This document shows positions 1 through 12,399 of a stretch of 64,000 bases of DNA, piece by piece. The notes under the pieces are model-generated. The model saw only the letters and a program-made list of their open reading frames with translations, had not been told where the DNA came from and made no database searches. A program made the translations under genes and the position numbers. This stretch comes from an uncultured beta proteobacterium. GTDB taxonomy: Bacteria; Pseudomonadota; Gammaproteobacteria; Burkholderiales; Casimicrobiaceae. Position 1 is the stretch's first letter; every line of letters starts with the position of its first letter. The stretch is taken from contig CAVWKH010000008.1 of assembly GCA_963755545.1 (NCBI GenBank), forward strand, positions 659-64,658, written 5' to 3'.

Positions 1-24
1 GCAATGAACTATTCGCCGATCTCA

Positions 25-47
25 GTCGCGGCGCTGAACGCCGCGAC
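25..47. terminator. GC-rich hairpin downstream of the RraA-family gene, possible terminator
   Basis: GTCGCGGCG-ctgaa-CGCCGCGAC, a perfect 9-bp stem 22 nt past the stop at 70; no clear U-tract. Confidence 0.35.
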
Positions 48-69
48 GAACGACTACGGTCTCGCCTTT

Positions 70-750
70 CTAAACATGTCCGAATTCGGCAAGTGCCTGT
101 TCTAGCCCCAAGCCGTTCTGCAACTCCAGGCGAAGCTTAGTCTCCTGCTCGGTCAGTTGCTCCGCGCGCGCCAGCGTTTCGCTCACCACCGCTTGTGGAA
201 TAACGATCGCTCCATCTTCGTCCGCGAGAATGAAATCTCCCGGCGAGACGAGGACCCATTTCGCCGTTGCCCCTCGCAAGTAAACGTTTTGCTGCCACTC
301 GACGACTTTCCAGCGCCCGATCGATTGCACAGGTGTTCGATATCGGGCGTATACGGGAAATCCAAGCGCGCCGATCCAGCGGATATCACGAATACCGCCA
401 TCGACCAGCGCTCCGACGGATCCGCGATCCTTCATCCCCACCGCGATCAGCTCGCCGAAGTAGCAAATTCCTTCGCCGTCGCCGCTCCAGACGCTAACAT
501 CGCCCGGCGCGAGCCCCTGGCAAGCCTTCATCTTTTCAGGGTCACCCTTTCCCGCATACGGGGTCATCTGGCCTCGGATCGTGTAGGCCCAACCCGCAAG
601 CTTTCCGGCGAACTCGGGAAATGGCTTGAAATCTGCGGCCAGCCCCTGATGAGGGAAGCCCATATCGTCGAGGACGTCGGCGACGTTTGAGGTATCGACT
701 TTCAGGAAGCGAACTCGAATTGCTTCCCTACCCGGTGCTGCGTCGTTCAT
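70..750 (-). CDS. RraA-family protein / HMG-CHA aldolase-like
   Basis: TSNVADVLD, FGEL, ALVDGGIRD and GDFILADEDGAIVIP motifs; ATG at 750 with GGAG RBS. Confidence 0.85.
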   Translation of the reverse strand: MNDAAPGREAIRVRFLKVDTSNVADVLDDMGFPHQGLAADFKPFPEFAGKLAGWAYTIRGQMTPYAGKGDPEKMKACQGLAPGDVSVWSGDGEGICYFGELIAVGMKDRGSVGALVDGGIRDIRWIGALGFPVYARYRTPVQSIGRWKVVEWQQNVYLRGATAKWVLVSPGDFILADEDGAIVIPQAVVSETLARAEQLTEQETKLRLELQNGLGLEQALAEFGHV

Positions 751-822
751 GCGGGGCTCCTTTCTACAAACATTGCAAGAGGGGTAGTCCGCGGCCGGAA
801 ATACAAAGCGGCCGTCTCGCAC

Positions 823-1014
823 TCAACAACCGACGCATAGCGGCGCCGTCAGTTTGCGCAAACAGGAAATGATGCTGAGAGCCGTAATGCGTCCGGTTTT
901 TGGATTTTCCGATGGAATGTTCTCGATCATCATACTGAAAGAGGCACTGTCAGCGTCCACCTCAATGCGATGCGTGTTGCGCGTGAGCTTCGGATCGGCC
1001 CACACCTCGATCAT
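823..1014 (-). pseudogene. nadX: 3' fragment of L-aspartate dehydrogenase (5' part absent)
   Basis: IEVWADPKLTRNTHRIEVDADSASFSMMIENIPSENPKTGRITALS matches the NadX C-terminus; similarity ends abruptly at ~1014. Confidence 0.75.
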
Positions 1015-1015
1015 C

Positions 1016-1455
1016 GGTGCACAGGCGTTGAGCTATGCCGCCGAGCACATCACGGGACAGTCGCCCGATATCGCGCTGATGGTCGGGGTCGATACCCGGT
1101 GGTTCACGGCTTCATCAACTGCGGCGCGGTCGGCGCCATCACCGGCATCGGCAACGTGTTGCCGAAGGAGGTGCTCGATCTGGTCGCGTTGTGCGAAGCC
1201 GCCGCCAAGGGCGATGCCGGTGCGAGGAAGCGGGCTGTCGAACTCGACGGCGCGTTGGCCATGTTGTCGAGCTTCGACGAAGGCGTCGACCTGGTCCTCT
1301 ACTACAAGTATCTGATGGTGCTCACCGGCAATCCGGAATACACGTTGCACTTCAATGCCTCCGACGCACTCAGCGATAGCCAGAAGCATTTCGCACGGAC
1401 GCAGCTCCAATTGTTCCAGCAGTGGTATCGCGAATGGAAATCGGCCGGCGCATGA
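1016..1455 (+). pseudogene. 3' fragment of a DapA-family protein (pyrroline-4-hydroxy-2-carboxylate deaminase-like), frameshift at ~1098
   Basis: GAQALSYAAEHIT..LMVGVDT continues in another frame as VHGFINCGAVGAITGIGNVLPKEV..SSFDEGVDLVLYYKYLM; N-terminal half missing. Confidence 0.75.
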
Positions 1456-1477
1456 GCACGATCCGGCCACACGCGAT

Positions 1478-2831
1478 CTAGCGGCCCGGCCCCATCAACG
1501 CATTCGGGAACCACGTCGCGATTCCCGGCACGAGGCAGATGAGGAGGATCGCGAGCGCCATCAGCCCCACGAACGGAAGCACGCCGAAGATCACGTCGCG
1601 CAGCGGAATGTCGGGCGCGACATTGCGAATGACGAAGATGTTGAGTCCGACCGGCGGATGGATCAGTCCCATTTCCATCACGATCGTCATCAGGACGCCG
1701 AACCAGATCAGGTCGAAGCCCGCGGCCTTGATCGGCGGCAGCAGGATGGGCACCGTCATCAGGATGATGGATACCGGCGGCAGGAAAAATCCGAGCACGA
1801 CGACGAGCAGCAGGATTGTGGCAAGCAATAGCCATTTGCCCAGATGCAGCGAGACGATCCACGCCGCCGATGCCTGGCTGATATGCAGGTAGCTCATCAC
1901 GTAGGAATAGAGCAGCGACATGCCGATGATGAACATCAGCATCGTCGATTCCTTGAGCGCGGATGACAGGATCGGCGACAGGTCGCGCGGACGCCAGATG
2001 CCATAAACCACCGCGATCAGCACCAGCGCGAGCACCGCGCCCAGTCCCCGCGGTTTCCGACGGCGTCGCATAGCCGCCGTACAGCGCCACCATGACCCCG
2101 ATCAGCAGCACGACGAACGGCACCACGCGCGGCAGCATCTCGAATTTTTCCCGCGTCGTGTAGACCGTGTCATCCAGGTACGCCGATTGGGTGCCATGCG
2201 CGGCAAAGGCCACGATCGCCGCCCGGTGTTCCTTGCGGTAGCGGTACGCCGCGTAGAAGGCAAATAGGCCCACCAGCAGCACGCCCGGACCGATACCCGC
2301 GAGAAACAGGCGGCCCAATGACTGTTCCGCGGCGACCGCATACAGGATCATCGTGATCGACGGCGGCAGCAGGATTCCCAGCGTGCCTCCCGCGGCGATG
2401 ATGCCGGCAGCGAATCCGGGCGAGTAGCCGCGGCGGCGCATTTCCGGGATGCCCGCGCTGCCGATCGCCGAACACGTGGCCGGACTCGAGCCGGCCATGG
2501 CCGCGAACAGTGCGCACGCGAACACGTTGGCGATGCCCAGGCCGCCGGGGACCTTGTTCATCCAGACGTGCAGTGCGAGATAGAGATCGCGGCCGGCGGG
2601 GGATTTGCCGATGGCCGCGCCTTTGAGGATGAACAATGGAATCGACAGCAGTGTGATGCTCGCCATCTCTTCGTAGACGTTTTGCGTCACAGTGTCGAGC
2701 GATGCGGCGGGCATGAAGAAGAACATGAACGCCACCGCCACGGTGCCCAGAGAAAACGCGATGGGCATCCCGGAGAACATGACGATCAACGTCACGCCTC
2801 CGAAAAGAAGCCCGAGCACGAGCATGCTCAA
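1478..2831 (-). CDS. dctM: TRAP transporter large permease (frameshift at ~2046)
   Basis: LLSIPLFIL, GSSPATCSAIG, GGTLGILLPPSI, TPSETA | EMGLIHPPVGLNIFV; extra G in a G-run; TTG start overlaps the dctQ stop. Confidence 0.9.
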
Positions 2832-3397
2832 CGGGAGTCCTTCTCTTTCGCGAAATACGCAGCGACCTGCAACAGCGTCTGCAGCGCGAGCAACGACATT
2901 CCAAATGCCATCAGGCCATAGGGAATCGACAGGGGCGGCGCCCATGTCGACGACGTCGTTTGCTTGTCCACCCACGCTTCGTGGAAGAGCGTCCAGGACT
3001 TCCACGCGAAGAACGTGCAGAACAGGAACGTGAACACGTCGACGAAAAACATCCGCACACGATTGACCGACGGCGGCAGCACGCTCGCGATTGCCTCGAT
3101 TCCCACGTGGCCGCGAAACGACTGGACATAGGCCCCGCAGAGAAAGACGGATCCGACCAGCAGGAACACCGCCGCCTCATCCTGCCAGTCGGTTGCCGAC
3201 TTCCAGAAATAGCGCGAGAAAACGCTGTAGGTCAGCACGGCGGCCGAGGCCAGAAGCGCGACCATGCCGACCGCGAGCGCCGCGCCGTTGACCACGCGCA
3301 ATGCCCGGTCGAGAGGCGCGAGCAACGGCGCCCGAGGAGCGGGTTGCGGCGGTGACGGGTCCGGTGGGGCTCCGGACGCGTCGACGGAGCCGCTCAC
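2828..3397 (-). CDS. dctQ: TRAP transporter small permease
   Basis: 4 TM segments, SRYFWKSATDWQDE and GHVGIE motifs; GTGA overlap with the dctP stop. Confidence 0.88.
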   Translation of the reverse strand: MSGSVDASGAPPDPSPPQPAPRAPLLAPLDRALRVVNGAALAVGMVALLASAAVLTYSVFSRYFWKSATDWQDEAAVFLLVGSVFLCGAYVQSFRGHVGIEAIASVLPPSVNRVRMFFVDVFTFLFCTFFAWKSWTLFHEAWVDKQTTSSTWAPPLSIPYGLMAFGMSLLALQTLLQVAAYFAKEKDSR

Positions 3398-4425
3398 AAC
3401 GTCTTGATTGCCGCAGAGAGCAATTTCGCGCAGTTCTCGTTCTTCTCGCCGTAATCCTTCCACGCCGTCTCGCGCGCGATCGCCTGCCACTTCTTCACCG
3501 TAGCATCGTCGAGGTCGAACACCTTGGCCCCTGCCTTGGCATAGACGTCGGCCACGGCGCGGTCGTCGGCCTTCGCCGATTCGAGCGCGAACGCTTCCTG
3601 GGCGGCGCCGGCGGCCATGATGGCCGCCTGCTGATCCTTGGGCAGCGCGTCGAAGATCTGCTTGGACATCAGCAGGGGTTCAAGCATGAACCAGTACGCG
3701 CGGCCCCGACCGGTCGTAAGTGCCTTCGACACCTCCTCCAGCCTGAACGAAATAAGGCTGGTCGAAGAAGTCATGCCGGCGTCCATCGCACCCGTTTGCA
3801 TGGCCGCATAGATTTCGTTGGAGGGCAGCGTCAACACCGACGCGCCGGCCTGCTTCAGGATCATGTCCATCTCGCGGCTGCCACCGCGAACCTTCATGCC
3901 CTTGGCGTCTTCCGGCTGCACCAGCGGCGTCGCCCGCGAGGCAACCCCACCAGCCTGCCAGACCCAGCTGACGATGACGATCCCCTTGTCCGCAAGCACC
4001 TGCGTCAGCAGCTTGCCGACGTCAGCCTTCTTCCACGAATAGGCCTGATCGTAGTTCGTGACGAGGCCGGGCATCAGACCGATGTTCGTCTCGGGGACTT
4101 CGCCGCCGGCATACGACACCGGATACAACGACAAGTCGAGCGCTCCTTTGCGCATCGCCGAGAACTGCGGAATGGTCTTCATCAGAGACGAATTGGGATA
4201 GACCTCGAACTTGAGAGCGCCCTTGGTCTGCTTTTCGACGTCCGCGGCAAAGCGACGGCAGAGGCGATCGCGAAAGTCGCCTTCGGTCAGCGAACCGCCG
4301 GGAAACTGATGTGAGATCTTGAGCGTGGTTGCGGCCTGCGCGCGGCCGGTTGACGGCAGACCCAGCGCCATTGCGGACAGCGTAGCGCCCGCGCCGAGTA
4401 CGACACGACGACGTGTAATGGACAT
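3394..4425 (-). CDS. dctP: TRAP substrate-binding protein with Tat signal
   Basis: MSITRRRVVL twin-arginine leader; FEVYPNSSL, PEDAKGMKVR, EIYAAMQTGAMDA; GGAGGAG RBS. Confidence 0.9.
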   Translation of the reverse strand: MSITRRRVVLGAGATLSAMALGLPSTGRAQAATTLKISHQFPGGSLTEGDFRDRLCRRFAADVEKQTKGALKFEVYPNSSLMKTIPQFSAMRKGALDLSLYPVSYAGGEVPETNIGLMPGLVTNYDQAYSWKKADVGKLLTQVLADKGIVIVSWVWQAGGVASRATPLVQPEDAKGMKVRGGSREMDMILKQAGASVLTLPSNEIYAAMQTGAMDAGMTSSTSLISFRLEEVSKALTTGRGRAYWFMLEPLLMSKQIFDALPKDQQAAIMAAGAAQEAFALESAKADDRAVADVYAKAGAKVFDLDDATVKKWQAIARETAWKDYGEKNENCAKLLSAAIKTL

Positions 4426-4560
4426 TGCACTCCTCCTATCATTTTCCCGATCGGCTTCGCAGATCGAAAATTGGAATCCCACGGGCGGCTCTAGTGACGA
4501 TCGGCCTTGACCGCAAGGATACAAGAGAACGCTGCAAACGGCGAAACGCGGCGCAGGGAG

Positions 4561-7500
4561 TTACTTCGTTCCCGCGCGGGCAAGCGCCACGTCGAGCGCG
4601 GGCAGGAACGTGGCGTCCTTGAGCGCTAGAGCACGCTCCCGGCACGCTTTCAGCACGCTCGCGTCCGCGCTGCCGCGCCCGGCACGTACCAGCGCGCGTC
4701 CTGTTGCCACCTGGAAATCCGTCCAGACCAGCGGCTCGATGCGCGTGTGTTCCTCGAGCGCGGCCGCAAATCGCTCGGCTTCGTCCCACGCGCCGGCACG
4801 AAGCGAGCACTGCATTGCATCCAGGGTGAACCAGAAATGGCTATGGCTGAGGCTGTCCTGGTTGAGCATCGCCTCGCCGGCGGCCAGTGCCTCCTTGCGT
4901 CGCGCCTCGTTGTCGGCAATGACCGCCATGGCGCCTTGCACGATCGCACCGGCGAATCCGTGGCCGGTCTGCGCCGACATCGCCCAGGCCGCCCGCAGAT
5001 GCTCCTGCGCCTCCTCGTGTTTCCCGTGCTGCCAATCCACGCGAGCGAGGTTGGTGAGGCATACTGTTTCGTAGCGGCGTGCCCCGATTTCGCGTGCAAT
5101 GTCCAGTCCGCGCCGAAGATGGGCCTCGGCTTCGTCGAACCTGCCGTGCGACACGAGCAACCAGCCGGTGGTTTCCTCGTTCACGGCTTCGGCAAGGCGA
5201 TGCCGCAGTTCCCGGGCGGCAGCCCGGGATCGCGCCAGTCGCTCCAGCGCCAGGTCGACGTTGCCCATCCACGTGTCGATGATCGACAGCATTGCCTCGT
5301 TCATGATGGCGAAGCGCACCAGGCCCCGCTTTTCGCAAATTTCGACGCAGCGCGAAAACGCGGTGTGCGCAGAACGCATGCGGCCCTGCGCGTAATGCGC
5401 ATCGCCCAAGCCGCTCCACGCCTGCGCTTCGGATTCGTCGTCGCCGGTGCGCTGCGCGAACGTCAGCGCGAGTTCGTGCTGGTCGCGACAAGCCTGCCCT
5501 TCGCCTTTAGCAAAATGCAGGTTGCCGCGCAGGTAATGGATGCGGGAGCGCTCGATGTCGAGCCCGCTGGCGCTCGGCCAATTGCTGTGCCTGCTCGAGC
5601 GCCGCGAACGCAGGTTCCAGCGTGCTGGTCACTCGATGCCCGGCAGCGATTCCGATCCACGCGACGCAGCGCTGCGGATCATCACCGGCGAGCGGCAGCG
5701 CCCGCGCGAACGCATTGATGGCGTCGGCCGCCTCGCCAATGTCGAGGCAAATCTCGCCTTCGAGCGCCGCAAGCGCATGCCGTTGCGCCTGCGGCGCATC
5801 GAGTTCGGCGCCGCGATGGAGCAGCCGTCGCGCGGAATCGATGCGCAACGCCGTGACTTCCACCTGTGCCGCGCGCAGGTAGGCAGCTGCCGCGCGTGGA
5901 TCGTCGGCGCGGTCCAGATGTTCGGCATGGAGAACGGCGTCGCGTGTCGCGAACCAATCCGCGGCGCGCAAGTGCAGCACGCGCCGCGCACTGTGCAGCA
6001 GCGACGCATAGGCGCCGTCGCGGATCAGCGCATGGCCGAACATCCAGTGGCCTCCCGCGGTACCGTCATGCCGGACGAGATCGCGCGCCTGCAGCGTTGC
6101 CCCGTCGTAACCAGGGTCCTGGATCAGGTGGCGCAGCACGTCCTGCTGATAGCGCTGCCCCAGCACCGACGCGGCCTGTAGCGCGGCCTTGTCCCGTGGC
6201 GGCAGTCCGTCGAGACGCGCCAGCACGACACTCTGGATCGTCCCGGGAATCGTCGCGCCATCAGCGCCGCTGCGCAAGAGCTGGGTGAGGAACAGCGGAT
6301 TGCCCTGCGCGCGTTCGACACAGCGCAGCGCAACGTCTGGATTCGCGGTGAGAAACGTCTTCGCCAGCGCAATCGCGTCCGTGTTGGCCAGCGGCGAAAG
6401 ATCGAACCGGATTGCGCCGGCAACTGGCCAGCCCGGCAGAAGCGCGCTGCCTTCGCGACGCGAAGTCAGCAGCAACGTACAGCGCAACGCTGCCGAACTC
6501 GTTGCGAGTTCGAGCAGGCACGCCGATTCCCAGTTCGACGCCCAATGCACGTCCTCGACCAGCAGCACAACCGGGCGCTCAGTGCTGGCACGCTCGACCG
6601 CCGCGACCAGTGCGCGCAATTTGCCCTTGGTGCGCGCAGCGTTGTCCATCGCCTCGTAGTGATTGTGGAGGCGTTGTGGAACGTCGAGCAGGTCTGCCGC
6701 AAATGGTTCGTCGGCAGCGTCGATACGACCGTCGGCAACCGCCCGGTCGAGCGCGTGCCTTCCTTCGTTCGCTGTGTTGTCGGTGAGCATGCCGAGAACG
6801 GAGCAATAGATGCGATGAACTGCATCGCGACCTTGCGCCGTGCCGAAATCGAGCACCGCAGCCGCATGGCATCCACAGCCCGCCTTTGCCGCCATGGTCA
6901 GGAACTCCTCGGCCAGGCGCGTCTTGCCCATGCCGGGATCCGCGCATATCAGCACGATGGCGCCCGATTCCGCGGCATCGACACGCGAAAGAATGTCCGC
7001 GAATCGCCGCGTCTCCTCGTCCCGTCCGATCAGCCCGCCCTGCGCGGCGTCCGGCGCACGCAGTGCGCGCAATTTCCATACGGGAAGTTCGCGCCCGAGT
7101 CCGCGGATTGGAACGGTTCCCTGCGGCTCCGCGTCGATGACGTGCGCCAGCGCGCGATGGACGTCGTCCGAAATGACGGTCTCCTCTGCGTGCGCCATCT
7201 CCACCAGGCGCGCGGCCAGATTTACTGCATCGCCAGTCATCGTGTACTCGCGGTGCGTGGCGCTGCCGGTGTCCGCGGCCACGACCTCGCCACTGGCGAT
7301 GCCGACATGGGCGGCGAGCGGCCGCCCAAATTCCCGAGCGAGCGTCGCCATCGCCGCATGAATCTCGCCTGCGGCGCGCAGCGCGCGTTCAGTGTCATTG
7401 CCGTGCGCGACCGGCGCGCCGAATACCGCCATTACGGCGTCGCCGATGTGCTTGTCGATCGTGCCGCCGAGTTGGACAATGACACCGTCTACCAGCTCGA

Positions 7501-7756
7501 AGAAGCGGGATAGCAGTCGATGCACTTCTTCCGCATCGAGGGTGCTCGACAGCCTCGTATAGCCGGAAAGATCGGCGAACATGATCGCCACCTGCCGCCG
7601 TTCTGCCAGCGGTGCGAGCGTTCCTGTCGCGGATAATGGCGCCCCCGATCCCGCTCCTGATCCTTCCCCCACCGGGGATCCGCATTGCGGACAAAACCGC
7701 GCGTCCGCGGGCAGCGTCGTCGCGCACTTCGAACAAACGGGCGAATCGGGCGGCAT
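4561..7756 (-). CDS. Zinc-ribbon + class III adenylate/guanylate cyclase + P-loop NTPase + TPR protein (~1060 aa, frameshift at ~5570)
   Basis: CSKC..FCPQCG; MFADLSGYT, DKHIGDAVM, GDAVNLAARL; ADPGMGKT Walker A, LLVEDVHW Walker B; removing one C at ~5570 joins ORFs 5507-7843 and 4561-5409. Confidence 0.88.
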
Positions 7757-7985
7757 CGCGACCGTGCTCCTTCCGGTCGCGCAATGACGCAACAGCGACC
7801 TCGTAACATTGTGCCATGTGGAAACTGGGTCGAATTCTCCCAATGGCCTCCCCGGCTAACGAAGATAGCCCGGCCTTCGGTCGGATACTCCTGACGGATG
7901 CTCTCCGTTGCCGGTTGTTCGACGCATCGGGCCGATCCGCGTTGTGGCCGGTTGCCCGGGGGGAGGATTCGGCGTACCTTGATGC

Positions 7986-8085
7986 CAACGCTAGGGGTCC
8001 TGGCCGCCGCAGTTCACGCGCGGTGTTGCCGGGTGAGAGAAAACCCTTGGAACCTGTTCGGATAATGCCGGCGCAGGGAAGCGTG
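7986..8085 (+). ncRNA. TPP riboswitch (THI element)
   Basis: AGGGGTC...GGTGAGA..ACCCTTGGAACCTG..GGATAATGCC.GCGCAGGGAAG directly upstream of thiC; anti-SD AGCTCCTC (8099-8106) complements RBS GAGGAGCT (8154-8161). Confidence 0.93.
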
Positions 8086-8142
8086 AGCGGCACGTTCCAG
8101 CTCCTCATAGACTTCCCGTCGCCACAAGTTGAACTCAGTTGA

Positions 8143-10056
<1,914 letters not shown>

Positions 10057-10134
10057 CACGGTCCTGGCCTTCAACATCTCGAAACCACCCGATCACCCAA
10101 GCCGCGTTGTGCGGCTCAAATCCAGGAGTCGCCC

Positions 10135-10689
10135 ATGCGCCGTCATATCCTGCTGCTGCTCGCCATGTTCCTTCCCGCGACCGTGCTCGCCGCCGACAAG
10201 TTCACGCTCACAAGCGCCGAGGTCAAGCCGAACCAGAAAATCGCCGACGCGCATGTCTTCAAGGGCTTTGGTTGCGAAGGCGGCAATGTCTCGCCTTCGC
10301 TCGCATGGAAGAATGCGCCGGCTGGCACCAAAAGTTTCGCCGTCACCGTCTACGATCCGGATGCGCCAACCGGCAGCGGCTGGTGGCACTGGGTAGTGTT
10401 CAACATCCCGGCCGACGTGATGTCGCTGCCCGCGGGCGCCAGCGACGCTGCTGCCGGCAAGTTGCCCAAAGGGGCGATTGAATCCCGCACGGACTTCGGC
10501 AAGGCCAGCTATGGCGGCCCGTGTCCGCCGCAAGGCGACAAGCCGCACCGCTATATATTCAAAGTGTTTGCGCTGAAGACCGACAAGCTCGATCTCGATG
10601 CGTCGTCATCGGGCGCGCTGGTCGGGTACATGCTCAATGCAAACAAGCTCGGTACCGCGGAATTCACCGCGCTCTACGGGAGGAAGTAG
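10135..10689 (+). CDS. YbhB/YbcL (PEBP/RKIP-like) periplasmic protein
   Basis: Signal peptide; GGNVSPSLAW, YDPDAPTGSGWWHW, GPCPPQGDKPHRY. Confidence 0.93.
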   Translation: MRRHILLLLAMFLPATVLAADKFTLTSAEVKPNQKIADAHVFKGFGCEGGNVSPSLAWKNAPAGTKSFAVTVYDPDAPTGSGWWHWVVFNIPADVMSLPAGASDAAAGKLPKGAIESRTDFGKASYGGPCPPQGDKPHRYIFKVFALKTDKLDLDASSSGALVGYMLNANKLGTAEFTALYGRK

Positions 10690-10721
10690 CAGTCCGCGAA
10701 CTCGATCGTCGGCACAAGCAG

Positions 10722-11177
10722 TCAAGGCACGCGCGGCGGCCCGTCGTCTCCGGGCCGGAACGCGCCGCGGACGAGCCCCCAGAGCGTCAGGAGTGACAGC
10801 CCTCCCAGCAGCAACGCAAAGAACCCAGCGACGATGCGCGCCCACCATGGCATCGCCTCGCTCACCCTGAAGCCATGAACACCGCCAATCGCATACGCGC
10901 CGTCGGTTTCGGGGTGGAACGGGGTCAACGCCAGCGCGGCGCAAATGATGCCGAAGGCGCCGAGAAATAGCGCCATGGCCAACGCGCGCAAACGAGGCAG
11001 GCGATCCTCGGGAATGGCCGCATACAGACCGATGCCCGCGAACACCATGCCCAGGATGACCACCAGCGGGTAGTCCGACCTGGGCAACGTCGCCGACCAC
11101 CACGGGGCGGCAACCAAGCCCGCGCCTGCCACGAAGGCGATCAGTCCCGGGAGGCTGCTCGCCACCGACCCGTCCAT
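10722..11177 (-). CDS. Hypothetical membrane protein (about 4 TM)
   Basis: Four hydrophobic segments; fills the gap downstream of the transglutaminase gene on the same strand. Confidence 0.6.
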   Translation of the reverse strand: MDGSVASSLPGLIAFVAGAGLVAAPWWSATLPRSDYPLVVILGMVFAGIGLYAAIPEDRLPRLRALAMALFLGAFGIICAALALTPFHPETDGAYAIGGVHGFRVSEAMPWWARIVAGFFALLLGGLSLLTLWGLVRGAFRPGDDGPPRVP

Positions 11178-11227
11178 GCGGCAGGTGCTCACGGCGCCGC
11201 ACGACGGGAATCGGCGTGGCACGATTT

Positions 11228-12316
11228 CTACGCCACGATCTCGCGCGACGAGATCTTGTACGCAAAGAAGTCCGGTTCCAGTGGATCGGGCTTTCCCTTG
11301 GGCGTTTCGGCGTACGGATACATGAGGAAGTTCACGCGCGTCGACGCCGTCGGAGGAAGCACGACATCCATCGCCGTGTTGTAAGGCAGCCAGTTCATTT
11401 CCCAGGCGCCGAAAAGCTTGGCGCGTGCGGCGGCAACCTTCGGATTGCCGAGCGGAATCACCGCGCCCTCTTCCTCCAGCACCACCTTCCGCACGTCGGC
11501 CGGATCGACCGGTATCCAGCCGAAAGAGGGATGGTAGAACTCCGCACGGCAGTGCTGCGCCTTGGTGATGTCACCGGCGCGGCCCAGCGACTTGTAGGTC
11601 TTCGAGTTGGCGACGCGCACGCCGTAGACATCGCGCGCCGGAATTCCAGACGCCCGCGCCAGACCGACGAAGAGTGCGTTGAGGTCGGCGCATTTGCCGC
11701 CGAAGTCGCCGGACTCGAGCAGGAAGCGGATGTCGCCGGTTCCGCAGCCACGTGTCTTGGGATTGCGATACGTGTTGTCGACGATCCACTCGTAGATCGC
11801 GCGCGCCTTGTCCATGGTCCCGGGTCCTGCCGCCCCCAGCTGGATCTTCCGCGCCGTGGCGCCGACGATGCCATCGGTGGGTACGTGTTCTGTCGGTGCG
11901 AGATAGAGTTCCCGCTCTTGGGCGTTGAGCGCGACGATATCGCGTGCGGGCGCTGTCAGGTCGATGGCGCGGTCGCGCGTCGCGAAACGGCTGGTGATAA
12001 CGGCCTTCGGCGAAGGAGTCGCCGCGTCCCATTCAGCGTAGAACACGTTTGCGCCATACACTGGGTCCTGCCTGAATCCCGCACGGGCGAGATTGCCTTT
12101 CCACTCATTCGCGCCCGGCCTGAAGTAGGCCGTCTCGCCGCTCAGCGGCATGGGCACCCACACCTTGCCCGGTCCTCCATCCTGAAGGTCGATCTCAGTA
12201 GTTACCTCGAATTCGCGCCAGCCGTCCGCCGCGTGGGCGTCGGTAAGCAATGTCCACGGCAGCGCGGCGCCAATGGCGGCGGCGCCGGTCGACTTCAGGA
12301 ATTCACGTCGTTGCAT
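11228..12316 (-). CDS. Tat-exported transglutaminase-like protein
   Basis: MQRREFLK Tat motif; GGKCADLNALF (Cys), HCRAEF (His), WIPVDPAD (Asp). Confidence 0.9.
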   Translation of the reverse strand: MQRREFLKSTGAAAIGAALPWTLLTDAHAADGWREFEVTTEIDLQDGGPGKVWVPMPLSGETAYFRPGANEWKGNLARAGFRQDPVYGANVFYAEWDAATPSPKAVITSRFATRDRAIDLTAPARDIVALNAQERELYLAPTEHVPTDGIVGATARKIQLGAAGPGTMDKARAIYEWIVDNTYRNPKTRGCGTGDIRFLLESGDFGGKCADLNALFVGLARASGIPARDVYGVRVANSKTYKSLGRAGDITKAQHCRAEFYHPSFGWIPVDPADVRKVVLEEEGAVIPLGNPKVAAARAKLFGAWEMNWLPYNTAMDVVLPPTASTRVNFLMYPYAETPKGKPDPLEPDFFAYKISSREIVA

Positions 12317-12399
12317 CTCATTGCTCCCGCTTTTCGCAAAACCGCTGATTTTACGCGGTCCGCGTTGGTGGCGCCCACCATTGCCATCTTCAGTCGTCC

